The position numbers were made by a program, and so were the translations under genes. Shown here in pieces: positions 44,660 through 57,886 of a DNA stretch of 64,000 nucleotides (position 1 is its first letter; each line of letters opens with the position of its first letter). The notes below the pieces were generated by a model, which saw nothing but the letters and a program-made list of their open reading frames with translations, did no database searches and was not told the origin of the DNA. The DNA is from Escherichia coli (lineage in GTDB: Bacteria; Pseudomonadota; Gammaproteobacteria; Enterobacterales; Enterobacteriaceae), in assembly GCF_016903815.1 (NCBI RefSeq), contig NZ_CP069973.1. One strand, given 5' to 3'.

Positions 44660-45925
44660 TCACCTTTTCAGTGGATTGTTAACTTTTGCATATTCAAACG
44701 GACTGATACACTCCTCCCTGTTTGCATCCAGAAAATCTGCCCACCATTGCAGCATAAGCCGACGTTCTTCCAGATGTTCTGCTTTATGAATATACGCGGC
44801 ACGTACTCCGTTGCGCTCCTGATGACTCATCTGACGTTCAACCGCATCTCTTGACCATAAGCCGGATTCAATCAATGCACTGCACGCCATCGCCCGGAAT
44901 CCATGGCCACAGACTTCCTTGGTTGTGTCATACCCCATCACCCTCAGGGCTTTATTTACAGTATTTTCACTGATTGGTTTACGCGGGTCATGTGCACCCG
45001 TAAATATCAGACCATTTTCACCTGCCCATGTCTGAAGTTCTGTCAGTATGGCTACAGCCTGTTTACTGAGTGGCACAAGATGTGGTGTCCGCATCTTGGA
45101 GCCCCGGTGTGAGAATTTTACGCCAGGCAGAGGTTCGCGTTCGGCTGGAATAGTCCACATGGCATTGTCAATATCAATTTCAGACCAGCGGGCATATCTG
45201 AGTTCACTGGAACGAATAAAAACCAGTAAATTCAGCATAACGGCAAGCCGGGTGACAGGCTGGCCTTTATAACCGTCAATACGCGACAGAAGTTCAGGCA
45301 GGCGTGAAAGATTCAGAGCGGGGCGATGCTGGCGTTTTACCGTGGTCAATGCACCAGCCATATCCAGAGCCGGGTTATATCTGATGATGCCAGACTGTAC
45401 GGCGTAACGCATTACAGCAGATATTCTTTGCTGCAGACGACTAGCGATTTCATAAATTTGTTTTGCTTCTGCAGCACGAACAGGGATAAGCAGGTCCGGG
45501 GTATTGAGTGTTGTGATATCCCGGTTGCCGATAAAGGGGAAAACGTGTGTCTCGAGGCTTTTGAGTACTTTATCGCTGTGTGATTGTGCCCATTGTTTAT
45601 TACTGGCATGCCAGCGTCGTGCAATATGTTCAAAAGAGAGCTGTAAATCAGGGACTACTTTTTTAACTCTTTTCTGTTCGCAAGGGTCAATCCCCTCTGA
45701 AATCAGTTTTCGGGCCTCATCCCGTTTTGTACGAGCTTCGGAGAGAGAAACTTCTGGATACACACCAAGTGCCAGAGTCTTCTCCTTACCCAGAATACGA
45801 TAACGGAGACGCCAGTAACGGGAACCATTAGGATGAACCAGCAGGAACATGCCGGCCCCGTCAGTGAGTTTATAAGCCTTGTCAGTGGGCTTTGCAGCCC
45901 GGATTTTTGCGTCAGTCAGTGCCAT
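44660..45925 (-). CDS. int: P4-type tyrosine integrase
   Basis: 421 aa; C-terminal catalytic segment HGFRAMA...RQMSHQERNGVRAAYIH; sits about 200 bp from the 3' end of tRNA-Phe. Confidence 0.9.
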   Translation of the reverse strand: MALTDAKIRAAKPTDKAYKLTDGAGMFLLVHPNGSRYWRLRYRILGKEKTLALGVYPEVSLSEARTKRDEARKLISEGIDPCEQKRVKKVVPDLQLSFEHIARRWHASNKQWAQSHSDKVLKSLETHVFPFIGNRDITTLNTPDLLIPVRAAEAKQIYEIASRLQQRISAVMRYAVQSGIIRYNPALDMAGALTTVKRQHRPALNLSRLPELLSRIDGYKGQPVTRLAVMLNLLVFIRSSELRYARWSEIDIDNAMWTIPAEREPLPGVKFSHRGSKMRTPHLVPLSKQAVAILTELQTWAGENGLIFTGAHDPRKPISENTVNKALRVMGYDTTKEVCGHGFRAMACSALIESGLWSRDAVERQMSHQERNGVRAAYIHKAEHLEERRLMLQWWADFLDANREECISPFEYAKVNNPLKR

Positions 45926-46085
45926 AGTTCAGCCTTCTGAATGCGTTAAAGAGGGTATAAATTCTGTCGAACTGGGGTATGCCCACAATTATACCCACAC
46001 AATGAGGTTGATGTGGGGGGAATCTGGTTGAGTTCGGTAGAATTGATTTGGAGGCAGGACGCTTAAATCGTGGCGTCCTGGAATG

Positions 46086-46113
46086 AAAAACGGACCTCCG
46101 TGGAGGTCCGTTG
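46086..46113 (-). terminator. Hairpin terminator downstream of pheU
   Basis: CGGACCTCC-ACG-GAGGTCCG followed by T-run on minus strand. Confidence 0.5.
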
Positions 46114-46122
46114 ATATGAATT

Positions 46123-46198
46123 TGGTGCCCGGACTCGGAATCGAACCAAGGACACGGGGATTTTCAATCCCCTGCTCTACCGACTGAGCTATCCGGGC
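46123..46198 (-). tRNA. pheU: tRNA-Phe (anticodon GAA)
   Basis: Reverse complement reads GCCCGGATAGCTCAGTCGGTAGAGCAGGGGATTGAAAATCCCC...GGGCACCA, 76 nt. Confidence 0.9.
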
Positions 46199-46304
46199 AA
46201 CGGGGCGCATTAAACCGTAATCTGCACATCTCGTCAACCTAATTTCAGTAAAAGCGATTCAACTGCTTAAGATTGCGGCAAATCGCTTCTTTTCTGTGTT
46301 TCTG

Positions 46305-46880
46305 TCAGGTCAAAGCACCACCCTGGCGGCAGCGGGCGAAGCGCAGGATATCTTCCGCCAGCCGATGTGCGGTGTCGACATCCGCCTGGCTACGATTCAC
46401 CAGCATTCGGCTTAAACAGCCTTCCAGCACCAGTTCCATCTGCTTTGCTACCATCGCCGGATCGTCAACTTCCAGTGTGGTTAACAGTTCGTGGGTGAAA
46501 TCGTAGGCCGCGCTTTTTTGCTGATCGGCCAGTTGATGAATAGGGTGGCCAGGATCGGGATAAAACGTACAGGCAGCGATAAACAGACAGCCCGGATAGC
46601 GGTTGTTTTTAACGCACTCCGATAACGCCTGATAACGTGCCAGCAACTTTTGTTCGGCGGTTTGCGTTTCGTCCAGCATCAGCTGACGACGCCAGACATC
46701 TATCTGTTGGCTAAGATAACGCAGCGCATCGTAGAGGATTGCCTCTTTGTCTGGCCAGAAGCGGCGTAGCTCGTCCAGTGGATAATCCACACGTTCAGCA
46801 ACCATCTCCAGCGTGGTGTTGGCAATCCCTTGTAATTCTAATAATTTCAGGGCTTCTCCCAGTACATCTTCACGTTGCAC
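46305..46880 (-). CDS. yjdC: TetR-family transcriptional regulator YjdC
   Basis: GTG start with GAGGA Shine-Dalgarno gives 191 aa beginning (M)[17 protein letters not shown]. Confidence 0.75.
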
Positions 46881-46916
46881 GCTATTTTCCTCCGTCTTTC
46901 CCACTGCAAGTGTCGT

Positions 46917-48614
46917 TCACGGTTGGCGATCGCGCAAATGTGCGCTGAAGGTTTCAGCATCCATAAAGCCCGTGACGCGTGCTTGTGGATGCTCCTGGCC
47001 TTGTCCGTCAAAAAAGAGAATTGTCGGTAGGCCAAGGACATTAAGATGCTTTAACAGCGCCACATCTTGTGCGTCGTTGGCAGTGACGTTGGCCTGAAGT
47101 AATACCGTGTCTGCTAACGCTTTTTGCACCTGCGGGTCGCTGAAGGTGTATTTCTCAAACTCTTTACAGGCGACGCACCAGTCGGCATAGAGATCTAACA
47201 TCACTGGTTTGCCTTTGGCTTCAACGAGCGCCTGATTTAACTCATCTACCGTTTTGATTTGTGTAAAGTTGAGATGCGTCTGAGTTTGCGCGGTATGCGT
47301 CGCACCAAATGCCCAATCCTGAAGTGGGCGCACGCTAACCAATGCCGCTGCCAGCAGGATTATTTGCACCACGCGCATCCAGCCGCGTTTGGCCTGTAGG
47401 CTGGTGATAAAGGCCCAGCCAAAGAATGCGACACCAAGCGCCGACCACAAGCGTAATCCCCATATATCACCAATCACTCGCTCCAGCAGGAAGACCGGCA
47501 GTGCGAGGATCACAAAACCAAACGCGGTTTTGACTTGTTCCATCCACGGGCCGCTTTTCGGCAGCAAGCGGTTACCAAAGACGGTAATTAGCATCAGCGG
47601 CAGGCCCATGCCCAACGCATAGAGATAAAGCGTGCCGCCCCCCAGCCACATGTTCCCGCTTTGGGCGATATACAGCAGAATCGCGCTAAGCGGTGCGGTG
47701 GTGCATGGTGAACAGATCAGTCCGGCAATCGCCCCCATAACAAACACACCGCCAGGTGAGCCGCCCTGTTGGCGATTGCTCATCAGCGTGAGACGTGTTT
47801 GCAGCGAAGAGGGGAGTTGCAGAGTAAACAAGCCAAACATTGACATCGCCAGCAAGGTAAAGACGATAGCGAGGCCAATGAGCACGTATGGGTGCTGTAG
47901 CGCCGCCTGGAACTGTAACCCTGCGGCGGCAACCACCAGACCCAGTGCCGTGTAAGTCAGCGCCATCCCCTGCACATAAATAAAGGTCAGCAACAATGCT
48001 CTGGCAGTGGAGAGCCGCTGTTTACCGCCCAGCACGATACCAGAAATCAGTGGGTACATTGGCAGCACGCATGGCGTAAAGGCGATACCAATACCGATCA
48101 ACAACGCCCAGAGCGCGGAAAAGGGCAATTGCGCGGTGGGCTGCTCTTGCTGCGGAACAGACACAGGCTGTGACGCTGCGTTGTTGGCGACCACTTCGCT
48201 TAACGGAACGGTTTTGGTTTCTGGCGGATAACAGAAACCGGCATCAGCACAGCCCTGGTAGGTGATAGTTAACGTCGCTCCCGCACTCGCCTGGTTGATG
48301 GTGACGGGAAGCGTCAGCCGATCGCGGTAAATCTCGCTTTTGCCGTAAAACTCATCTTCATGCCAGACGCCTTGCGGCAGCTGCACGTCGGCAATTTTCG
48401 CGTGTTCCGGCGTAATGCGGATCTGTTTACGGTAGAGGTAGTAACCGTCTTTGATCTGCCAGGTCAGATTCAGGTCATGTTGGTTTTGCTGAAAATCAAA
48501 AGCAAAGGCTTGATCCGCGGGGACAAATTGTGAACGTCCCGGCGCGTCGAATAATCCGGCAAAAACGGAAGTGCTGCAAAGTAGCAGGATCAGCGTAAAG
48601 ATGCGTTGAGCCAT
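46917..48614 (-). CDS. dsbD: Thiol:disulfide interchange protein DsbD
   Basis: 565 aa from [12 protein letters not shown]; CVAC thioredoxin-like motif; overlaps cutA. Confidence 0.9.
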
Positions 48615-48928
48615 GAGAGGTAATCTGTGTCTCCGTGTGTAACAGGTAAAACCAGAAGTTCCGGGGTTTGATATGGATGATGAGACTTCAGGCATTCCAG
48701 CAGTGCCTGCTGGTGAGATACGGTAGTTTTTAAAATCATCTGCACTTCGTATTCTTGCTCCAGCTTACCTTCCCAGTAATAGAGAGAGGTAGCGCCGGGG
48801 ATCAAGGTCGCGCAGGCCGCCAGTTTTTCCGCCAGCACTTTGGCGGCTAAATCCTGGGCTGTCGCTTCATCCGGTGCCGTACATAGCACCACGACAGACG
48901 CGGTATTCGAACTTTTTTCATCAAGCAT
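48590..48928 (-). CDS. cutA: Divalent-cation tolerance protein CutA
   Basis: 112 aa from [21 protein letters not shown]. Confidence 0.9.
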
Positions 48929-49042
48929 AAACACCTCGCAAGAACAGATGGAACCGCAAGAGAGAGGTCACTATACAACGGACGGGGGAAGGATGTTAGT
49001 CGGCGGGAAAGAAAGCGGGGCCTGAAGCCCCGCGATTGGTCA

Positions 49043-50344
49043 TTACAGCATGAAGCTACCCAGCACGAAGCCGAAGCAAACGGCAAGGGCAACACCCAGA
49101 GTACCCGGGATGAAGAACGGATGGTTGAAGACGAATTTACCGATACGGGTAGTACCCGTGTCATCCATCTGTACCGCAGCAACCAGCGTCGGGTAGGTTG
49201 GCAGAATGAACAGACCAGACACCGCAGCGAAAGAAGCAACAGCGGTCAGCGGAGAAACGTTCAGTGCCAGAGCCATCGGCATCAGTGCTTTTGCGGTTGC
49301 AGCCTGAGAGTACAGCAGAGCAGAAGCAAAGAAGAAGATGACGGCCAGCAGCCACGGATGACCCTGAATCACTTCACCAGCGGTATCTTTGATCCAGTCG
49401 ATGTTGTTGGAAACGAAAGTATCGCCCAGCCATGCAACACCCAGGATACAAATACAGGCGCTCATACCTGCTTTGAAGGTGCTGGAGTTGAGGATGTTGT
49501 CGGTATCGACTTTACAGATAACGGTGGTCAGAGTTGCAACGCTGAGCATGATGATCAGGATTGCGTTGGTGGTGTTCATCAGCGGTTTTTCAACCAGACC
49601 CATGCTTGGGCTGTTGATGATTGCATAGATAACAACGCCAACTACGCCCAGCAGGAACAGCCAGACGGACGTTTTTGCACCGGATTTGATTTCAATCTGC
49701 TTTTCACCGCGCAGTTCAACCAGGCCTTCTTCCAGACGCTTGCGATAAATCGGATCGTCAGAGAGTTTGGAGTTGAACAGCATAGTGACCAGGAAGGACA
49801 TCACCAGAACCGCCAGCAGGGTGGACGGGATGACCACGGAGAGCAGATGGAGGTAGCTGATGCCATGACCTTCCATTACGGAAGACATGTAAACCACTGC
49901 CGCTGAGATTGGCGATGCGGTGATCGCAATCTGCGCGGATACCACTGCAGTAGACAGCGGACGGCAAGGTTTAACGCCTTGTTCCTTCGCAACTTCAGCG
50001 ATAACTGGCAGTGTCGCCAGAGAGATGTTGCCAGTACCAGCAAAGATAGTCAGGAAATAGGTCACGATCGGTGCGAGGATCGTGATGTATTTCGGGTTAC
50101 GGCGCAGCAGCTTTTCTGTCTGATGAACCAGATAGTCCAGACCGCCAGCAACCTGCATGGCAGAAATAGCGGCGATAACCGCCATGATAATGGAAATGAC
50201 ATCGAACGGGATGTTACCGGGTTTAACGCCAATAGCGGCAAGAACCAGCACCCCCAATCCGCCTGCAAAACCAATACCTATTCCCCCCAATCTGGCGCCC
50301 AAGAAGATCGCCAGCAAAACTATGATGAGTTCTACAACTAGCAT
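49043..50344 (-). CDS. dcuA: Anaerobic C4-dicarboxylate transporter DcuA
   Basis: 433-aa membrane protein MLVVELIIVLLAIFLGARLGG. Confidence 0.9.
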   Translation of the reverse strand: MLVVELIIVLLAIFLGARLGGIGIGFAGGLGVLVLAAIGVKPGNIPFDVISIIMAVIAAISAMQVAGGLDYLVHQTEKLLRRNPKYITILAPIVTYFLTIFAGTGNISLATLPVIAEVAKEQGVKPCRPLSTAVVSAQIAITASPISAAVVYMSSVMEGHGISYLHLLSVVIPSTLLAVLVMSFLVTMLFNSKLSDDPIYRKRLEEGLVELRGEKQIEIKSGAKTSVWLFLLGVVGVVIYAIINSPSMGLVEKPLMNTTNAILIIMLSVATLTTVICKVDTDNILNSSTFKAGMSACICILGVAWLGDTFVSNNIDWIKDTAGEVIQGHPWLLAVIFFFASALLYSQAATAKALMPMALALNVSPLTAVASFAAVSGLFILPTYPTLVAAVQMDDTGTTRIGKFVFNHPFFIPGTLGVALAVCFGFVLGSFML

Positions 50345-50461
50345 ATTAGCCTTCCTTGTTTTTTAACAAGTTGATATTAGATTGTTATTTTTAAGTTACT
50401 GCTCACAAGAAAAAAGGCACGTCATCTGACGTGCCTTTTTTATTTGTACTACCCTGTACGA

Positions 50462-51898
50462 TTACTGTTCGCTTTCATCAGTATAGCGTTTTGCTTTGTA
50501 AGCCGGGTGCATCAGATTCTGTACGGAGAAAATATCGTCAAGTTCCGCTTCAGTCAACAGACCGCGTTCCAGAACGACTTCACGTACACTCTTACCGGTT
50601 TCGGCACAGATTTTACCCACGATGTCACCGTTGTGGTGACCGATGAACGGGTTCAGGTAAGTAACGATACCGATAGAGTTGTAAACGTAACCTTCGCACA
50701 CTTCTTTGTTAGCAGTGATGCCGTTAATGCATTTTTCCAGCAGGTTGTAGCAAGCGTTGGTCAGAATGTGAACGGATTCGAACATAGCCTGGCCAATGAC
50801 CGGCTCCATAACGTTCAACTGCAGCTGACCTGCTTCTGCTGCCATGGTAACAGTGGTGTCGTTACCGATGACTTTGAAGCATACCTGGTTAACCACTTCC
50901 GGAACAACCGGGTTTACTTTAGCTGGCATGATGGAAGAGCCCGCCTGCAGTTCCGGCAGGTTGATCTCGTTCAGGCCGGCACGTGGACCAGAAGAGAGCA
51001 AGCGCAGGTCGTTACAGATTTTGGACATCTTCACAGCCAGGCGTTTCAGCGCGCCGTGAACCATTACATAAGCGCCGCAGTCAGAGGTCGCTTCGATCAG
51101 GTCTTCAGCCGGTACGCATGGGAAGCCAGTGACTTCAGCCAGTTTTTTCACTGCCAGCGGAGAGTACTCTTTCGGCGTGTTCAGACCAGTACCGATTGCT
51201 GTTGCGCCAAGGTTAACTTCCAGCAGCAGTTCAGCGGTACGTTGGATATTTTTCACTTCTTCTTTCAGCAGGATGCTGAAAGCGCGGAATTCCTGACCGA
51301 GGGTCATCGGTACTGCGTCCTGCAGCTGGGTACGACCCATTTTCAGGATGTCCTGGAATTCGACAGCTTTACGTTCAAAGCCTTCACGCAGTTGGTTAAT
51401 CGCATCTACCAGCTTAATCAGGGAAGAGTAAACTGCGATACGGAAACCGGTCGGGTAGGCGTCGTTAGTGGACTGACATTTGTTAACATGGTCGTTCGGG
51501 TTCAGGTACTGATATTCACCTTTCTGGTGACCCATCAGTTCCAGACCGATATTGGCCAGCACTTCGTTGGTGTTCATGTTTACGGAAGTACCTGCGCCGC
51601 CCTGGTAGACGTCTACCGGGAACTGATCCATGCATTTTCCGTTGTTCAGGACTTCATCACATGCGGCAATGATGGCATTCGCTACACTTTTAGGAATGGT
51701 TTGCAGCTCTTTGTTTGCCATAGCTGCGGCTTTTTTAACCATTACCATACCGCGAACAAATTCAGGAATATCACTGATTTTGTTGTTGCTGATATAGAAG
51801 TTTTCAATCGCTCTCAGAGTGTGAACACCATAGTAGGCATCAGCTGGAACTTCCCTGGTACCCAACAGATCTTCTTCGATACGAATGTTGTTTGACAT
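50462..51898 (-). CDS. aspA: Aspartate ammonia-lyase
   Basis: 478 aa from [18 protein letters not shown]; fumarase/aspartase signature [10 protein letters not shown]. Confidence 0.9.
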
Positions 51899-52234
51899 GT
51901 GAACCTTCTTTTTCAAGCTGCCAATGATTTGCTTTAAACACACAGAATATATGTGGTTTCGAATGTTTTTCGACCGACGATTATCCCCTGCATCGACCGA
52001 ATACCCGAGATCATATGCTGCTTGAGGATTTCTACCGTAATCTGGATCACTTTAAGTGTCGGTTTTTACCCCTTAATTATTAATTTGTGAAATAGATCAC
52101 CGCTTTGGGATTACTACCAAAAATAGTTGCGCAAACATCTTGAAATTTTGCTAATGACCACAATATAAGCTGAACGCGATTCGCAACCCATTCAGGTAGC
52201 CGGGGTTAACCGGCTGCTATTACAGGAGAAACCT

Positions 52235-52711
52235 TTGCGCTGGTTACCTTTTATTGCCATTTTCCTTTATGTCTATATTGAGATTTCAATCTTTATTCAG
52301 GTTGCCCATGTATTGGGGGTATTGCTGACCCTCGTGCTGGTTATATTCACGTCAGTTATCGGTATGTCACTGGTACGTAACCAGGGCTTTAAGAATTTCG
52401 TGCTGATGCAGCAAAAAATGGCGGCGGGTGAAAACCCAGCGGCGGAGATGATTAAAAGTGTTTCGCTGATCATTGCCGGTTTGCTGCTTTTATTACCGGG
52501 CTTTTTCACCGACTTCCTTGGTCTTCTGCTTTTATTACCGCCGGTGCAAAAGCATCTGACAGTGAAGTTGATGCCACATTTGCGCTTTTCTCGCATGCCA
52601 GGCGGCGGTTTTAGCGCCGGGACCGGTGGCGGTAATACTTTTGATGGTGAGTACCAGCGAAAGGATGATGACCGCGACCGCCTTGATCATAAAGACGATC
52701 GCCAGGATTAA
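52235..52711 (+). CDS. fxsA: FxsA (F exclusion suppressor) inner membrane protein
   Basis: 158 aa MRWLPFIAIFLYVYIEISIF with acidic C-terminal tail. Confidence 0.9.
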   Translation: MRWLPFIAIFLYVYIEISIFIQVAHVLGVLLTLVLVIFTSVIGMSLVRNQGFKNFVLMQQKMAAGENPAAEMIKSVSLIIAGLLLLLPGFFTDFLGLLLLLPPVQKHLTVKLMPHLRFSRMPGGGFSAGTGGGNTFDGEYQRKDDDRDRLDHKDDRQD

Positions 52712-52726
52712 TGTCGAAACGCCGGA

Positions 52727-53983
52727 TTATGTGGTTATGCCATTTTCCGGCGTTTTTCGTTTTGGCAGAAACAGCCATAACCCCGCCAGCATGATCAGCG
52801 CATAGAGACTTTTCCAGCCGACCATTGCCAGTAACAGAACGCATAACAGCCCGCCAACCACCGCCAGTAGTCGATAACGTCCTTGCAATAATTTACAGCC
52901 TGCCAGCATGCATAACAGATAAATCATAATAAAGATGCCATTGGCATAGATGATAAGTGCGTCCAGATTGATCTCTAAAGCATGAATCACCAACGTGCTC
53001 ACCACGCAGCAGCCGAGCACCGCATTGAGGGCATTATTCGGGATATGACGAGAAGAGAGGCGTGCCAGGTAGTGGTCAGGATTATGTTGCGCCTGCGACC
53101 AGACCAGGCGGGCGAAGCTCTGTATATAAATGTTGAGGCTGGCAAAGCAGGCCAGATAGCCAATCACGCAGGCAATCCATAACGCTCCTACACCGAACAA
53201 CTGCACTACAATTTTTGGAAGCGATGCTGCTGCCGCCATTTGTTCACCATAGGCGTCGAAGTGTAAGACGACTACCGTACAGCCCCAGTAGACTAATCCT
53301 GCCAGCAGCAGACCAATCATCAAAGCACGAGGAAAATCACGCTCTGGATTTTTAAATTCCGAGGCAAGATGGGCAAATGCTTCCAGACCGACAAAGCACC
53401 AGAACATCACTGATAACGCAGCAAATAACCCGGTAAGTTCGATATTACCAGGTGCAGGGAAGGGGATATTCGCAGGTTTGATATCGCCCGCCCACCAGAT
53501 AGCGACAATCAGCGCGACGATAAGTCCGGCAATAACTGTTTGTAGATTAGCACTGGAACTAGCACCGCGAGTACCGATATACCACACCAGCGCCAGCGTA
53601 CCGAGTTCTGCCAACAACAGTTGCCAGCTATGCCAGCCAAACATTGCCTGGCCGAACCCGGCGGCAATTTGTAGCGCGGCAGGCAAACCCACGGGAATGA
53701 CCGATAAAAACAACCAGCCGGTGACTCGCTCAAGCCGCGAACCAAACGCCATACCGACGAAGTGCGCGACACCGCCTGCGCTGGGATAGTGGCGACCCAG
53801 AATCGCAAACACAATCGCAATCGGGAACACTAAGATAATCAAAACGGGCCACGCCCACAGGCTGTTATTGCCCGCTACCAGCGCAGCTAACGCAGGAACG
53901 GCAAACACGCCAGTGCCTAATAATGACGTCGATAGCAGGCCAATGCCCTGGGCCAGCCCCAGTTCTTGTTTGAGTCTACTCAT
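52727..53983 (-). CDS. yjeH: Amino acid exporter YjeH (APC superfamily)
   Basis: 418 aa from MSRLKQELGLAQGIGLLS. Confidence 0.85.
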   Translation of the reverse strand: MSRLKQELGLAQGIGLLSTSLLGTGVFAVPALAALVAGNNSLWAWPVLIILVFPIAIVFAILGRHYPSAGGVAHFVGMAFGSRLERVTGWLFLSVIPVGLPAALQIAAGFGQAMFGWHSWQLLLAELGTLALVWYIGTRGASSSANLQTVIAGLIVALIVAIWWAGDIKPANIPFPAPGNIELTGLFAALSVMFWCFVGLEAFAHLASEFKNPERDFPRALMIGLLLAGLVYWGCTVVVLHFDAYGEQMAAAASLPKIVVQLFGVGALWIACVIGYLACFASLNIYIQSFARLVWSQAQHNPDHYLARLSSRHIPNNALNAVLGCCVVSTLVIHALEINLDALIIYANGIFIMIYLLCMLAGCKLLQGRYRLLAVVGGLLCVLLLAMVGWKSLYALIMLAGLWLFLPKRKTPENGITT

Positions 53984-54145
53984 GGGTTGATGTCCGATTG
54001 CGCCCAAATTATGGGCAACTGCGTAGATTTTCGATGGTAGCACAATCAGATTCGCTTATGACGGTGATGAAGAAATTGCGATGAAATGTGAGGTGAATCA
54101 GGGTTTTCACCCGATTTTGTGCTGATCAGAATTTTTTTTCTTTTT

Positions 54146-54180
54146 CCCCCTTGAAGGGGCGAAGCCTCATCCCCATTTCT
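54146..54180 (+). promoter_or_regulatory. groE heat-shock (sigma-32) promoter
   Basis: CCCCCTTGAAGG (-35) and CCCCATTTC (-10) about 80 bp upstream of groS. Confidence 0.7.
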
Positions 54181-54207
54181 CTGGTCACCAGCCGGGAAAC
54201 CACGTAA

Positions 54208-54552
<345 letters not shown>

Positions 54553-54583
54553 TCCGCGCACGACACTGAACATACGAATTTAA

Positions 54584-56242
<1,659 letters not shown>

Positions 56243-56269
56243 TTGCCCTGCACCTCGCAGAAATAAACA

Positions 56270-56300
56270 AACCCCCGGGCAGAAATGTCTGGGGGTTTTT
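56270..56300 (+). terminator. groEL rho-independent terminator
   Basis: CCCCCGGGCAG...CTGGGGG hairpin followed by TTTTTCTTTT. Confidence 0.6.
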
Positions 56301-56379
56301 CTTTTGGTCATCTTTCTAGTATAAGATTCAGACACGGACGACGCGAGTGGCGTCCAGCTCATTGATTATGGGGAATAAC

Positions 56380-56733
56380 ATGCACGTAAAATACTTAGCA
56401 GGGATTGTCGGTGCCGCGCTACTGATGGCGGGTTGTAGCTCCAGCAACGAATTGAGTGCTGCCGGTCAGAGTGTACGCATTGTGGACGAGCAGCCAGGCG
56501 CAGAGTGCCAGCTGATTGGTACTGCGACAGGTAAGCAAAGCAACTGGCTTTCCGGGCAACACGGTGAAGAGGGCGGTTCTATGCGCGGCGCAGCAAACGA
56601 TCTGCGCAACCAGGCGGCTGCAATGGGCGGTAACGTGATTTATGGCATCAGCAGCCCGTCGCAGGGGATGTTGTCCAGTTTTGTCCCGACGGATAGCCAG
56701 ATTATCGGCCAGGTATATAAGTGCCCGAACTGA
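56380..56733 (+). CDS. yjeI: Lipoprotein YjeI
   Basis: 117 aa from MHVKYLAGIVGAALLMAGCSS (lipobox). Confidence 0.8.
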   Translation: MHVKYLAGIVGAALLMAGCSSSNELSAAGQSVRIVDEQPGAECQLIGTATGKQSNWLSGQHGEEGGSMRGAANDLRNQAAAMGGNVIYGISSPSQGMLSSFVPTDSQIIGQVYKCPN

Positions 56734-56782
56734 TGGGATCCAGAGGCTGGATACTTCCAGCCTCGTAGTAAAACAGATGGGA

Positions 56783-57652
56783 TTATTTCGCCTGTGGTGC
56801 AGTTTTGCTGGTGGATTGAACACGTAAGTGATGCAGCGCGCGTAAGCATTGATCCTGGGTTAGCGGTTGGGCGTTATTTGCCGCTACGGTGCGAACATAG
56901 ACCTGACATGGTACACCCGCGAGTTTTTTCAGTCGTGGGCTGAAATCAAGCATTCGGCGAGTGATCGCCTCCACTTCTTTACCCGGCGTTGCTTCACGCG
57001 TTTTCACCACTGCGCCGCTAAATTGTTCTTTGCCACTTTCATCTTTAAAGCGGTAAAGCACCGCCAGATAATGGTTGAACAAGTTATGTTTCCATTCCGG
57101 TTGGGAATAGGTGTCATATTCCAGATTGCCATTGTCCTGGCAGTCAACGTCGTATAACGGCAGGAAATCTAACAGTGAAGTAATACGTAATGCCAGTTCA
57201 CGCATTTCCGCATTATTAATTGCATGAATGATTGCTCGCGCCAGCATTTCAATCTGCAATTCATTGATGACTAACTCACATTTGCTACTGTCATGTAGCG
57301 TTAATACGAAGGTAAGATTTTCACCCTGATTATCGGTAAGTTCCAGCGTGTTAACCCGACGATTAATATCGGCATTTTTAAGCTCATCAACCAGAATTTC
57401 TGGTATATTTTCTGCCATTTTCTTAATGACTTTATCGCGAGCTTGCTCATACTGAAGGCGTGCAGCAGCATCCAGTTTATGCTTTTGATGCAGACGGCTT
57501 TCCAGCGCAATCAGAAGGTCGCGCAGTTCCATGACAGACAGAAAGAACAACGATTCTTTATTGCGAGGCTCTTTAATTTTCAGCGCCAGTGCAATGAAAT
57601 TATTACTCTTGCGAATAACACCGGTATTAACACCCTTGATGCTTATGGCCAT
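56783..57652 (-). CDS. yjeJ: Uncharacterised protein YjeJ
   Basis: 289-aa ORF in conserved position between yjeI and epmB. Confidence 0.75.
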   Translation of the reverse strand: MAISIKGVNTGVIRKSNNFIALALKIKEPRNKESLFFLSVMELRDLLIALESRLHQKHKLDAAARLQYEQARDKVIKKMAENIPEILVDELKNADINRRVNTLELTDNQGENLTFVLTLHDSSKCELVINELQIEMLARAIIHAINNAEMRELALRITSLLDFLPLYDVDCQDNGNLEYDTYSQPEWKHNLFNHYLAVLYRFKDESGKEQFSGAVVKTREATPGKEVEAITRRMLDFSPRLKKLAGVPCQVYVRTVAANNAQPLTQDQCLRALHHLRVQSTSKTAPQAK

Positions 57653-57886
57653 GTAGGTTCTCCCTAACCATTTCTCAATTCAATAATTAATTTTAATTTA
57701 TAAGCCAGATAAATGGGCTTGGTAGTAATAGTTGTTAAAATAACATAAATAGCCGTGCTCACTCTATATAAACAGAAAAGAAAGGTTAATTATTGGTGTT
57801 GGTTATATAAAAAGTAATAACAGCAATGTATATGAATAATTAAAGGTTATGCAACGTGCAAAGATTAAACTTCCCTGTTTAATCAG

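Noticed and set aside
46917-48695. N-terminally extended versions of known proteins in the ORF track (DsbD 592 aa, AmpC 442 aa, AspA 493 aa, YjeH 438 aa, Gdx 157 aa)
   Set aside because: The extensions are upstream in-frame read-through; internal starts reproduce the known mature lengths and, where checked, have plausible ribosome-binding sites.
50444-51895. 483-aa plus-strand ORF antisense to aspA, and similar long antisense ORFs (49121-49906 opposite dcuA, 54512-55798 opposite groL)
   Set aside because: They fully overlap well-recognised conserved genes on the other strand and have no recognisable motifs; treated as shadow ORFs.
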